Assembly (NCBI RefSeq): GCF_018977255.1
Contig: NW_024704743.1
Span: 92,506,001-92,570,000 of the forward strand
Source: Callorhinchus milii
Lineage: Eukaryota
Length of the DNA: 64,000 nt
Reading direction: 5' to 3'
A program made the position numbers and the translations under genes. Within the stretch, counting starts at the first letter, position 1; the number at the start of each line of letters is the position of its first letter. Under the pieces are notes generated by a model. It was not told where the DNA came from. It saw only the letters and a program-made list of their open reading frames with translations, and ran no database searches. Positions 26,689-39,889 of this stretch are shown here, one piece after another.

Positions 26689-27597
26689 CAGTCCATATCT
26701 CAACTGTGCGTGAAAAGAAAATTCTCCTGTCCTCCCCATCGCCTTATGTTTCATAAAGCTAGTCTTTCTCGGTTACCTCATGCAAGTGACTAAGCTTCAT
26801 ATATTAGTTTGGACATAGAGTGTCAGCAGGTTATGTGGAAGCAAAGGATATTACAGTTGACCTCAATGCTGTCCCACTTGGTGTCCCTATCACACATACT
26901 CTCTTTAGTGGAGGTCACTGAAAGCAATCTGGTTTTCTGGCTTTGTCTGAACTGAGGATATTGGAAATACAATAAAATAACACCACAGTGAAACAGACCC
27001 ATGGTTGTGACTTAATGCTGATCTTACAGTCCAGTGAATTTCCTCAGGTGGTTGATGTGGTTTCATGAACAGAGTATTAACTGTTTTTTGAATCTGTTAT
27101 CCACGTATTGAAGTAGAGATTGGTCACTTTTTAGACAAACACAGACACATTGAATTGGTATCCTCATAGAATACAACTGGCACAGATCAAATAGATTAGT
27201 AATGATCTTGCAGCCTGCACCATTCTGCAATTCCAGGTTGTAATATTTTCTATTGAATATTTCATTCAAACAATCAAACTGCATGCAATTTGAAAGCTGC
27301 AATCGCCTCTCAATACATCTCTGGGCTGAATGTAAAAATAAACATCAAATATGAGTACCTTGAATATCAAACCGGTTTCTGCCAGTTAACTGAAAAAAGG
27401 CATCAGGAGAATAAAAAAGTATGGCAATATCTTTACAGCTACTGACAGAACACTGAGAGACACGAGATTTCCCAACTCAATCAGGGTTAGGCAGGTACCC
27501 CATGTAGTGACTGATTTCGATCCTAGACACTGTGTCAGTGTCCAAAGTTAGTGGATGAGTTCAGAATGGTTTGGTCAGCAATGACCACAAGTGCCAA

Positions 27598-27911
27598 TTA
27601 ATAATAATAATAATCCTTGCATTAGATATATTGCTTTTTACGTCTTCTAGATGTCTCAAAGCGCTTCACAGAATATACTGTTAAGTGAATTGACTGTATA
27701 TTTGTGGGCGAAACGCGGCAGCCAATTGCGCACAGCAGTGTCCCACAAACAGTCGTGGATTGAAGTGACCAATTTTTTCTTGTTTTTTTTTCTTGATGGA
27801 TTATTGTCAAGGAGAGTAAGGAAACTTGCCCAAGGTTCCACCCTGCCAGGAATCAAACCCAGGTTTCTCTCTTGTGAGGCGAGTGCTCTAACCACTGAGC
27901 TACAGGACTCC
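27598..27911 (-). mobile_element. Full-length tRNA-derived SINE
   Basis: GGAGTCCTGTAGCTCAGTGGTTAGAGCACTCGC head, B box, L2-type tail with TAGAA loop, (TTA)n. Confidence 0.93.
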
Positions 27912-28897
27912 ACGTTATCACATTACATGTTTTTCACCGTAGAGTTGCTATCAGGTTAAGTGAATCTAAATGAACAAAAAATGAACAGAATTAGGCCAAT
28001 ATACAGACGCCTCAAAAACTGATGATAATGATAATAAATAGGGTGAAACTTAAACAACTCCTCCCAGGATTACCTGGAAAAGGAATATTACAATAAATAA
28101 ATCAAAATATACAGCATTCACGAAAACACAATAAATACATACAAAATGTGTTGTAAGTAATTCAAAACAAAGAGGATGTTCTAAATTAAGAGGTGAATAT
28201 TAAGTGGTGATGTGAACATTATCAGCTTTCTCAGATCCCACAACTTTGACCCTTATACCTTTTCACCTTGTTGCCTTAAACTTAGTGAACAGACAAATGA
28301 ATCACTAATAATTGAAAGCTACACTTATTAAACTCAGCTGCATATATTTGGGGTAAAATTTCCATTGGGGTACGATTTACTCTATTTATTAATTACCTAT
28401 TAAGTTTGCCTTTGGGATGTCCTCACAACATGATAGGTGTTTTACCAAATGTAAGGATTATTAATATTATTTAAGTAACAGATTTTGGCTATTGCTAAAT
28501 AAAGCCTTCATTTTGAAGACGATTTTCTGGAGGTTCTCTGAACAACTCAGTGGATGCTCCAAAATGTTACATAAATAAAGCAAATCTAGAATGTTTTTAG
28601 AATGTATTGGTGCTTCTCAGGAAAGATTAATTGGCCATACCTCCTGCACCATGTAATATTCATCATTTAGAATCCAATATCACCCTCAATCTGGCTCTAT
28701 AAGTGAACGATTTCTATTTGTACAATATTTAGCATGACCTTGTTTTCTTATTGGTGCTATTGTGAACATCAAATGAAAAGGAGATTGCGATCTGGATCCT
28801 TTCATGTTTTCTTCCTTGTTATCAATGTAGGGAGGAATTACACCATGCTGTTTTTCACCTGCCAATTTATTAATGCTTTCCGTTATTCACAGTGCAA

Positions 28898-29218
28898 TAT
28901 ATTGTATTGTTGCGCACACTTTAAAAAATGTTCATAAAGCAGGAACGAGGTTTCCACTTCACTATTATTAAAAAAAGGATTTATTTGAAAATTTCAGCTC
29001 AGATTCATGGTTATGTCAACCTTAAATCTCTCCAATAAGTCGGAGCTCCTGCTAGACTGATTACGTTAGATACAAAATTTGTAAAAAAACAAGCACAGAA
29101 AAATAAGTATGCATTGGGGTACTCCCAATTCTGAAAACCCAGCCTTCGACACATTCACTTTTCTCTCCACTGGAATATGTTTTTTGGGATCCTGAAGCTT
29201 AGTGGTTAACGCACTTGC
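28898..29218 (+). repeat. 321-bp direct duplication, copy 1
   Basis: Identical by eye to 29515-29835 (offset 617). Confidence 0.95.
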
Positions 29219-29520
29219 TTTGCAAGTGAGAGACCTGAGTTCAATTCCAGGCAGGGCGAAACCTTGGGCAAGTTTCCTTACTCCACACGCCTAATAATAA
29301 TCCCTCCAAAAAACCAAAAACAATAATTAAAAATTGGTCATTTTCAATCTACGACTGTTTGTGGGACATTGCTGTGCGCAATTGGCTGCCGCGTTCGCCC
29401 ACAAATATACAGTCAATTCACTTTACAGTGTGTTCTGTGAAGCGCTTTGGGACGTCCTCCCGACGTGAAAAGCGCTATATCAAATGCAAGGATTATTATT
29501 ATTATTATTATTATTATATT
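29186..29520 (+). mobile_element. Chimeric SINE: decayed old head joined to a young-subfamily body and tail
   Basis: Head GGGATCCTGAAGCTTAGTGGTTAACGCACTTGC is identical to the head at 29803. The body is nearly identical to the young copy at 45905-46224; long (ATT)n tail. Confidence 0.9.
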
Positions 29521-29835
29521 GTATTGTTGCGCACACTTTAAAAAATGTTCATAAAGCAGGAACGAGGTTTCCACTTCACTATTATTAAAAAAAGGATTTA
29601 TTTGAAAATTTCAGCTCAGATTCATGGTTATGTCAACCTTAAATCTCTCCAATAAGTCGGAGCTCCTGCTAGACTGATTACGTTAGATACAAAATTTGTA
29701 AAAAAACAAGCACAGAAAAATAAGTATGCATTGGGGTACTCCCAATTCTGAAAACCCAGCCTTCGACACATTCACTTTTCTCTCCACTGGAATATGTTTT
29801 TTGGGATCCTGAAGCTTAGTGGTTAACGCACTTGC
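29515..29835 (+). repeat. 321-bp direct duplication, copy 2
   Basis: Identical by eye to 28898-29218. Confidence 0.95.
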
Positions 29836-30150
29836 CTTGCAAGTGAGAGGACCAAGGTTTGATTCCTGGGGAGGGCGTAACGTTGGGCATGTTTTCTTAC
29901 TCCACAAGCCTCTGTTTACCCAGTAAGTAGGAAACTGGTTGTTAGTCAATTGGCGGATTGCTTTTCTGGGGGTAATAATCCCTTCAAACAAAAAATAATA
30001 ATTTGGTCACTCAATCATGACTGTTTGTGTGACACTGCTGTACACAATTGGCTGCCGCGTTTCGCCCACAAAATATAGTCGATTCACTTTATAGTATATT
30101 CTGTGAAGCGCATTGAGACAAATCAAATGCAAGAATTATTATTGTTATTA
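29803..30150 (+). mobile_element. Older long-bodied tRNA-derived SINE
   Basis: Degenerate head, internal CTGTTTACCCAGTAAGTAGGAAACTGGTTGTTAGTC segment shared with the 3821-4191 and 37113-37448 copies, decayed tail. Confidence 0.88.
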
Positions 30151-31614
30151 AGTTTTATTAAGTTATTAAGTTTCATTCTTTCCATCTATAGTTTCATTAT
30201 TTCTCAATTTTAATCTATATTGCTATTTGCCAATTTATCCTTTGTTAATCTGAGAAAAATCCCTTTTCATCTCATTGTAATTTGCTCTTTTCCTTGTATC
30301 AGTCTTTTTTTTGTCCTTTGTTGTGCTTGCACTGAACCTAATTATAATGTGTTTCTCAACTTTTAGGTAATTTGCTTTGCTTCATCTTTAATTCACCAAC
30401 AAAACACAGACACTCCACTTTACAATATGAAATGAAGCACTTTGGGATGTCGTCCTGACGTGAAAGAAGCTGTATCAAATGCTAGGATTATTATGGCAAC
30501 ATCTATGGAGAAAGGAAATCAACGTTTCAAAATCCTGTTCTCCATGGTCTTGCATTACTCTGGGATGCCAGGAAGGATGGCCCTGCTGGGCAAGCATTCA
30601 TTTGTTATCAACTAAAGAAACTTTATTTTATCACTGAAGAGTCTCACTGACTTTGATATCCACTGAAATGTTTGATGGGAGGTTAAGTGTTATATTGTTT
30701 AGTCTACATCATTTTAAAATATGAAACGTAATTTTGCATCTGTGCTTTTGTGCATGCAATATCAGACTTGATGGTTAACTAAGTGCAAATTTCAAAATTG
30801 GAAGCAGAAGGGCAGATAAGAATGAGACTGGAAATTGATGCAGGATTTTTCCATTATCTTGGTGTTCTTCTAAACCACTCAAGTGAGGCACAGCACTTTG
30901 CATCTGAAGTGCATAAATTGCCTTTGTTTTTATTTCTGCTTCACTCGCCTGTAAATGTAACTTTTTGCTTAATGATTTCCTTGTTTCTCTGTTCCAGTCA
31001 TACAGACCTTAAAGCAATATAAATTGTTTTATAATAAGCCATATCATTCTTTCAAATGATAAAAGTTTACTACATAATGTCATGAGGGAGGGGTAGAATT
31101 CATTTGTCGAATGGTGATAACTGATGTGAAAAACGTCAAATGTGCCTGTAAAATCAGGCAGCTATTATTTGCATTCTATGCCGCACGTTATCTACTTGAT
31201 ATTACATGTACATTTTTCTCAGGCTTATTATAAATCATCCAAATGATAAACTGAGCTGTCCAGCGGCTGTTTCAAACCGACGTAGTCTTGTATATAGCGG
31301 GAGAAGGTTGACATAATCTAAGCAGTGCTTTTCTTCTCTGTAATTCTTCACGGTTATTAAAGTGAGGGATGAGAGTGCTGCAGAACAAAACATTTTTCCA
31401 CTTCACATCCAGTAAGTGTTATGCTGGGTTAGGTGCACTGCATAGCCTGTAAAATTACAAGATCAACAAATACTCCTTAAAGGGCTTTAAAGACTGTCGC
31501 ATATATTAGAAAAAACTTTTTGGACAATCAGCAACATTTATTAACATATGCTGTTAGTGTATCAATTCCAAGATGGAGAGTTTTCTTGTATTCTGCTGTT
31601 TTAAGGTGACCAAA

Positions 31615-31740
31615 TAGTATCCCAGGAGGTGTCACATGATCCAATACACCCTCAGGTACTGCATCATAAATCTACTCTACCCTGAGGTGCTGTGCCATAA
31701 ATTCAATACACCCTTAGGCCCACCATCAGGAAATTGATAA
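31615..31740. repeat. Degenerate ~31-bp tandem repeat, about three units
   Basis: AATACACCCTCAGGTACTGCATCATAAATCT / ACTCTACCCTGAGGTGCTGTGCCATAAATTC / AATACACCCTTAGG. Confidence 0.55.
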
Positions 31741-33680
31741 CACAGTTTGTCCAATGTCATGCAACATTCCTTTCATCTTCAAACAGCATCGATAACGTCC
31801 ACATCAAACAAGGCAGCACTGCATCAATAAGAAAATTAATTTAAAGAGAAAATGTGCAATCTCATAAATATTGGAAATGAAATAAGTCAATGTAATTTTT
31901 TTTCTCCCTTCCTCTCCTAAAGTTGGAAACTTGCATGCTTTAGCGGGTGTCCTACAGAATCTCACCCTGAGTAGACACTTCTCATGTGTGGGATTATTGA
32001 ATGAGTGTCAGCAAAATCTTTCAGCCATGTAGGTATTACAGTGCAGTCTGATCATATCTTTGCCCGAGGCACAACATACTGCCTTAAAACCATTGGGGTG
32101 AAAAATGCAATATGTTCATCATATCAACAAAACATGACATTCATCACGTCAACAAAAACGATTTGAGATTGAAAGATTGAGTTTAAGAATATTCCTAATT
32201 GAACCATATGCTCACACTTTCCTGCAGAGGTCAATGGAGAGCAATTGGGGAGCTGCATCTTTTCTCTCTCAGTTGCCGTTGAGGCCAAAGATAGTATTCA
32301 ACTGCAGCACCATGTGAGATCAACTAACTCAGCACAAACCAAATTTCAAATCTGTCATCTTCCTCTCTTTGTGGTTTAATGCTATATTGGTCCATACCTT
32401 TACCAGCCCTTTCCTTTCCCATATTAAACTGGTTTGAACTTAAGGGTGCAAAATTCAAATAATATTTATGAACACTCTTTATTACAGATACAACGTTAAA
32501 AAAAAAGTGTAGAAATATTAAAATATATCAAACTGTGGTGGTTGTGCTCATTCCCAAAGCTGGAGAAAGAGTCCTGACACTTCTCAATGGTAGTATCTGT
32601 GATGCTGGACCCATGGCGCTGAAGTTCCCAATTTACAGATTATAGTATTCACCTGTCAGATAGCAGGATACCAGCTACTTTGTGTTCTTGTTTAATAAAA
32701 TAACTAATTCCTTGCTAGCCAGCAACCAAATGTGGTAATTTGGTGCCAACCTGGCCCAATTAATAGCACTCTTGTCTTTGAGTCAGAAGCTTGTGGGACT
32801 GAGTAGTGAAACATCAGTTAGCTTTTGTTCTTTGAACCTAACAAATCATTCAAAGTTGGTGACCATTTATCTCTTGGAATCTCAAAGAGCTACTCAATTA
32901 ATGCAGATGGTGGTGGGGTGTTGGTGAAGTGGTGGTGGGGTGGAGGAGGAAGGAACCTCTGCCAACATTTTCACCTTGACAATGTCTCGGTTACAGCAAA
33001 AACAATTGTAAATCACAATTGGAATAATGGTCTTTCAAAAACTTGTCTGGTCTTTGCTCTTCCATTTTTGTTTTACATAGGAATTTAGCAGTTAAGAGAA
33101 TTTTTAAATCGTCACCATTCAAAATCCAGAAGGGTGCCAAAGCCCTCCCTAACCCTGTACTTTGTTTATGCTGTGTGCTTTGCTGTTTGCCTCTGCTGTT
33201 TAAGCATTCTGCAACCTATCCTGCGTGAGGGGTGCTATATAAATGCAAGTTGTTGTTGTTGCTGTTTGTTATACGATACAAACTAAGTGCTCCCACCTCT
33301 GCCTAACAGAAAAATAGAAAAAATTAATTCATGAAAAATGAAAAGTTATTTTCTTCCTCTATTGTTGCCTTGAACAACTTGTGATATTTTGGTTTCATAC
33401 AACAGTTATTGGGGGTCTAAGCTGTGACATTTGCAAACCAGAAGTGCAGGTGCTGCTGGTGACTTCTATTGTGCAATCACGAACAACATTTTGCTTTAGG
33501 GCTATTTCTCAGTCAAACAATGGCCAAGAAGTGCAATAAGTCACAAAGTAAATTTCTGGCTACAAAACAAACTTAGTCTTTAGGGTGGTGATCGTTAGTG
33601 AAATTCTTGACAAATCCCATAGTCATTTTCCAGAAGTTACAATAAACACAAACAACAATGTCTGGTTTCTGAATTCTTAC

Positions 33681-33778
33681 CGTTTCGTAATGGTCTGGAA
33701 ATTGTCGACACACAAAAGGCCTTGCTTCGTAACACTGTCAGGATCCCAGGATGTTACAAAATGATTACAGTTTGTTTC
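33681..33778 (-). other. Candidate internal exon (98 nt) of an unidentified transcript
   Basis: Acceptor CTTTTATCTGTTCCAG, donor CG|GTAAGA, only one open frame (ETNCNHFVTSWDPDSVTKQGLLCVDNFQTITK), four CpGs in a CpG-poor background. No recognised homology. Confidence 0.3.
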
Positions 33779-34455
33779 CTGGAACAGATAAAAGTATTTT
33801 GGACAAAAAGTCACATGACAACAATGCTGAGTGATAAATAAATGACCAACTCAATTTATTCATTTAGATTCTCGGGGAAAGAGCCAAATCTCTTGAGAAG
33901 GCAGCACAGACTGAGGCAAGAGAATGAGATAAAAAAGAACAAAGTCTAATTACTGAGAGTTTTCAAAAAGCTTTGTAAGTTTCTTTTGACCGCAATCTGG
34001 AGTCACAGAAGTCAGAACTGAGATTGTTGTCTGAGCAGAGCAATGGCAGGTTTGTCTCCCAAACATCTCGTTCCCCCAAGTTCTGCTGGTTACAAATCCA
34101 TTAGTGACTTTTGCAAATCAGACACATTAGACATTGTTGACCAAATGATTCTAAGCTCCAGTTTTGAAAGAGTTTGGATTATAGGAATGGAATAACAATG
34201 GAGGCAAGATGTTGTACAATGTTAAAGTCCACGGAATAAATACATTTACAGTAAGAATTATTGATTTTAAGACAGTGATGAGGGAGAGGAAGAGTACTCA
34301 GATCTGTACCACTGTGCAGATTTATCGGAACTTCCAATGGGATTTGTTGATATATTTTGGGATTTGTCACCAACTATAGAGCAAAGCCATATATGAACAA
34401 ACATTAAAAAATGTTAAATTTTGGTCGAGTTATATTTGCCAATTTTTGCCAACCT

Positions 34456-34772
34456 ATAACAATAATAAACAATAACAATCCTTGCATTTGATATAGTGCA
34501 TTTCACATCTTCTAGACATCTCAAAACGCTTCACAGAATATATTGTAAAGTGAATTGACTGTATATTTGTGGGCAGCCAATTGCGCACAGCAGTGTCCCA
34601 CAAACAGTTGTGGATTGAAGTGACCAATTTTATTATTGTTTTTTTTTTGTTGAGGGATTATTATCAGGCGTGTAGAGTAAGAAAACTGGCACAAGGTTTC
34701 GTCCTGCCGGGAATCAAGCCCAGGTCTCTCGCTTGCAAGGCGAGCGCTCTAACCACTGAGCTACAGGACTCC
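34456..34772 (-). mobile_element. Full-length tRNA-derived SINE
   Basis: Same head, body and tail as the 27598-27911 copy. Confidence 0.93.
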
Positions 34773-36483
34773 AAGGACTCTGAGGTCATTAAAATCACGG
34801 ATTAGATTTTTTTTGGTCAGACAGGTATTTAACATCTGCGGAAACCCATCACCATGCTTAAGAGTGTCCAAACTCTCAGTTCCACATATGTATGTAGATT
34901 ACACATGGATATCTCCCTGTGTCTGGAATTGAAATGCACACTCTCTCCCTGTTTACCTGTTTACACACAGGGAGACCGTTTCTAGAGAGCATTAGATGTA
35001 AGAGGCAGTTTGGCAAGAATCAAAGCCCGGGGACCTAGAATGTTTGTTGTGGTACGGCCATTGTTTAACAAATTAAAACTGCATATCTTGCCACTGAAAA
35101 CGTACTGTCTGATAATTTGAGGAGAGCATCGCCTCCTCTTACCATACTTTTTATAGCCACTGTGAGTTTGACCCCCAATTCATGTTCAACATTGTCTATT
35201 TTCATTATTAGCTATTCTAAATCCCCCTATAATTATTTTCCTTAATAACAGATAGCTAGCAGATGAGGGGCCTTGAATCGCATTAGTCTGGGCTAGCCAC
35301 AAACCTGTGTTGGAGTGGAGGAAGGGCAGGGCTGAATTATGAGGTGGTGATTATAATTCTAAGCAATTAAGCATTAATGTGGACTAGATTATGCAGCTCA
35401 GTCCTCGGCATTATATAATTACTTAGAATTATTCCTGAAGACTCTCTCTTTAAATGAACTTTGGCTGTCTTGTAATTTGCTCTCAGGAAACCTGTGTTTA
35501 TTGCTTTCTTGTACTCCTTGTAATATTAAACAAGTGTATGTGTTGTGTCTGCTGTATTGGTTGGTATGAGGAGAAACGTGTCACTGCAATGCAGTGGTGT
35601 TGTTCTAAATTTTGTAGCTGTTGATGATTGTCTCCTCCAGACTGACATATCCCACAGTGCACAAAAGCATAGCAGCCAACACATCACCAAACATAATTCT
35701 AATATCCTGTTCAGAAAGGTTATTTGTCAGAATTATTAATAAACTGACACAAATTGTCAATAAGCATATTGCTGTGTAACCGTCAAGGCTTACAATTTAA
35801 TCAAAGAAGATGAACAGTAAAAATGAAATGCTGCTAATCAGGTATTCATGAGAGCTAAAGAAATACAACACAATACATTTTAAGGACTGTACTGTATTGA
35901 TTAGTTATTTTTTACCTGACTTTAAGTGAACCAGCTAAAGAAGTGTATATTTTGCTAGATATCTTGTATGTTGCATCTCCCCCGAGAACTTTGTTCTGAG
36001 TCAGGTCAGAGCTGAATTCTTCCTTCTCTACACAGCTGCAATGTGAGCTTGACTAGGTCAACAAGCTTCTGGACAGTCACCAACCTTGGATGCCTTTCTC
36101 ACAATTCAGCAGTCATATCCCCTAATGAATGAATTTGCACTATCTTCCTGGAAGGATTCACCCTCTTATCTAATTCCGAAAAGTTTTAGGCACAGGTTGG
36201 CGAGGGCCAAGGTTTGGGCATCCTAGAGTGTATGGTGGGGTACTATTGGAATTATACCTGATAAAAACTCATAATGCTATTGAAAGCACAGTCTGACAGG
36301 TTTCCCACTGTTTATCAACCATTTTGACTGAGGACCCGCTGAGATCAGCCTGAACCACCTGACTCAGGAACTGGACTACTGACATGGAATGTAGACCTAA
36401 TTCTGACATTCCTTTGTCAACCATGTCACCTTGAAGCCATCTCTGTTCCAAGGCTTCCCTCTTGCATAACAACATGTTCAAAG

Positions 36484-36636
36484 TAATAATAATAATAATA
36501 ATCCTTGCATTTGATATAGCGCTTTTCACGTCGGGAGGACGTTCCAAAGCGCTTCACAGAACACACTGTAAAGTGAATTGACTGTATATTTGTGGGCGAA
36601 CGCGGCACCAATTGCGCACAGCAATGTCCCACAAAC
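36484..36636 (-). mobile_element. 5'-truncated young-subfamily SINE
   Basis: 3' half matches 45905-46050, including the CTCCC loop; (TTA)n tail. Confidence 0.9.
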
Positions 36637-37112
36637 TCATTGTGGGAAATAGTTTGATATGCTGAGGCAAATTCAAGGATCATTATTACCATCAAAATAG
36701 CAGCTTGAAAATGTGACATATCCTTTTAGCACATCTATCACTTTGGAAGGAGCAAAGTGTCCTATAATAATTCAATCGGGGCAGGACATATATCTCAATG
36801 TAACAACTTAACCCAAAAGTCTTTTGTGCAACCTATGTACTTTCATTCTTTCAAAAACATCAAACTTTCCCTGTTCCATTATAACAAGGCATTATTAATA
36901 CATTGTAATGAATTAAACAATCAGCATGTGCTTAAGGACAATGACAAAAGATTCATATTTCACTTAATAAGCAAGAAGTGTACTTACTTATGGTTCCTGA
37001 ACTCCTACTAGCAACACAAATTTAAATCAATGATAAGTTGAATTGTTACATTACTCAAAATGTAGGGTATGACTTTGCATTCAAACAAGCTCTAATGACC
37101 ACAAATGAGAGA

Positions 37113-37448
37113 ATAGTAATAATCCATGCATTTAATATAGTGCCTTATCATGTCTTCGAGATATCTCAAAGTGCTTCACAGAATATACTGTAAAGTGAAT
37201 TTTCTGTTTATTTTGTGGGCGAAACATGGCACCAAATTATGCATAACAGTGTCCCACAAACAGTCGTGGATTGAGTGACCAAATTATTTTTAAAGGGATC
37301 CGCCAATCAACTAACAACTGGGTTCCTACATACTGCTAGGTAACCAGAGGCATATGGTGTAAGGAAGCTTGCCTAACATTTTGCCCTGCCTGGGAATCAA
37401 ACCCAGGTCCTCTCGCTTGTGAAGTGAGTGTGCCTTCAGAGAACTACA
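37113..37448 (-). mobile_element. Older long-bodied tRNA-derived SINE
   Basis: Decayed tail, body and head similar to 3821-4191. Confidence 0.85.
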
Positions 37449-37494
37449 ATTGAAGGATTAAATAATTTGACACATTGGCTGTCTTTCAACATAC

Positions 37495-37557
37495 CATCTT
37501 TTGTTTAAAAGTTCGACCTTCTGCATTTTGTGATGCTAGCTCCTTCATATCTCTTAC
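37495..37557 (-). other. Candidate 63-nt exon beginning at an AG|GTAAG (recursive-splice-like) junction
   Basis: Minus strand TCCTTTCTTTCAG|GTAAGAG...AAGATG|GTATGT; a single open frame, VRDMKELASQNAEGRTFKQKM. Confidence 0.3.
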
Positions 37558-39889
37558 CTGAAAGAAAGGATTTTGAGGAACAATAGGTTGCAGTACAACT
37601 TAATTGCAGTTGTGGGTGAAAAATACTGCTTCTGTGTTCACAGTTTCCTCAATCTCCTGAGTAAGATTGATCACCTTATTTCAAACCCACTCTTCCAGTC
37701 AAAGAATACCATGTAGTGCCAACCAGGAGGCTAGGGGAAGATCTTCCTCAAAAGGTGACATTGATAAATCGAAGGGAAAAGCTTTGCTTGAATCAATGTT
37801 GGTATCCACTTTCAGACTTGCTGTTATCCAACTGGTTAGTACACTTCTGAGCCATGGCCAACTCGAGAGAGGATTTTCCATCTTCATTTGGATGGACGGA
37901 TAAAAGTTTGTGGGGACAATGCTGAAGATTTAATTCTGTGTCCTCACTAACCATACATTCCTGGTCGGTTTGAGGAGTACTCATTTCTACTACAAGCTGA
38001 AGAGGTTGGTGGCTCAGGAAGAAGATGAGTTCTATTCCTCTCAACATTTTATTGCATCTTTCACACTGTTTTCTTTTGCCTTCATATTTGCTTACAAAAT
38101 AGAGTCACTACACTTTACAACACTTTGTCCTCCCAGTGTGAAAGGAGCTATACCAAATGTAAGAATAGTTTACTTTGCAATATTGTTGAAGTTGCCAAGG
38201 ACTATCTGGTGTAAAGTTACTATGAGGAAACCTAAGATTTCCAGTCAATCAAAGAATGTTTTAAAGTTTGTGCTCTTGCATCAGCTACCGAATACGTGCT
38301 CCAGAGTCCCCTGTGGAAATCAGATCTAAATGTGAATATATTTTGGGGGTCAGAAAAGTGTATGATACATTGAAAAGGTCTCCTCTTGATCTGCATTGAA
38401 ATCTTGTGATACCATACAGAAAAAAATCTGTATTTTTCCAAATATTTTTAGTAAAGGTAGCTTATTGGAACGCAACATATCAATTACTATGTCGACCTAA
38501 GGCTTTACAATAAGTTTCTTATCTTCTACTGTCAAGGTAATTTCTTCTCTTTTTTTTAAGTCTTCTTCTGAGGGAATGTATGTGCAATGTAGTGTGTAGA
38601 GTAACGAGCACCAGGTATAGAAATAATTGTAATTGCTTATTAATCTGTCTTAAGAGTTCACTTAAACTGTAAATCTAGCTTTTGCCCAGCTCTCGAAAAC
38701 TCTGTGTCTGGCACAAAACTTGTTCTCAGTAAAAGCAGGCCCACTGAACCTGTGTACACTGTCTTAAGGATGCCATCAACCTAAAGTGTCTTAACAGCAT
38801 GATAAGGTGCTATATCAAATGCAAGGATTATTATTATTTGTCTATTTAAAATGATTTGAGGACTGTATCAATTATTTTATGCTGTGTTTGACAGGATCAG
38901 AATGTTTTATTTCCTTTGAATAATAATTTGCTCAAAGAGATGTTCAATTCATTTTCCGGGTTTTATTTGTACAGCTTTCCCTGATTGCCACCGTACATAG
39001 TATGTTGCTCGAGAATTTTTGTACTAACGATCAGTTTCAAATGTAAAAATAGACCTGTTTTCTAAAAAGTAAAGAAAACGTTCTACAGTCTTCAGAGAGT
39101 AAATATGAAGTAGGGTGATACCATGCTCGATAGGTATTTGTCCTATGCTTGCAACAGAATAATTGTTCTCTTAGACCTCGATATGTGTAGTAACTTTTGC
39201 TGGATGCAATGAGGCTGCAGACAAGCATGTATATTTTCTCTTGGCAACACGTTTTCCCAGATGTCCACTGTTGATGCTACCAGGGAAATGAAGGATGGTT
39301 GCACTTTGATTTCAGTCTAACTGGGGTGCTTTAATAGGCTGCAAATTCATCAGTGAATAACAGTTTTTCATGATACTGTAGCCCTACTGCTCTTTTAACA
39401 TTGAGGGACAAAACACATGAAGAAGATGATTGTACATTGAAGCTGGGGTGATTTTAAAAACAAAGAGGAAAAATATAATGACTTTCTTTATACAGGAATA
39501 GATATGGTATTCAGTGCAAACAAAAGACACAGCATAAGGTAACAGTAACAGACCCATTACTATTTCCTTTAATTAAGAGAGGAAAGTTTAATATTAACAA
39601 GGTTAATTTAGGGTGTTCAATGTACAATTAGTATTGATGGTGGTTAAACAGATTAACACAAGCTTTTGTTCTGTGCTGGAATATCAGACTCAAAATAGAA
39701 TTTCATGCAATGCAATCTTACTTAATCTTCCACCGTAAATTGACTGATCTCTGTTGGGGCAGCAGTTCTCTTGGGCTAGAGAGAGTAAAAATCAATGCCA
39801 GGGTACCAGCTCCTGATTACTGCCAGTGACCCATGGTGCAAACCACATGTGTGTGAAGATTGGGTGAGGAAAGGATTAATTAAAAGAAT

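Noticed and set aside
33868..33974. Plus-strand segment with a good acceptor and GTAAGT donor
   Set aside because: Stops in all three frames and no recognised homology; at most a non-coding exon.
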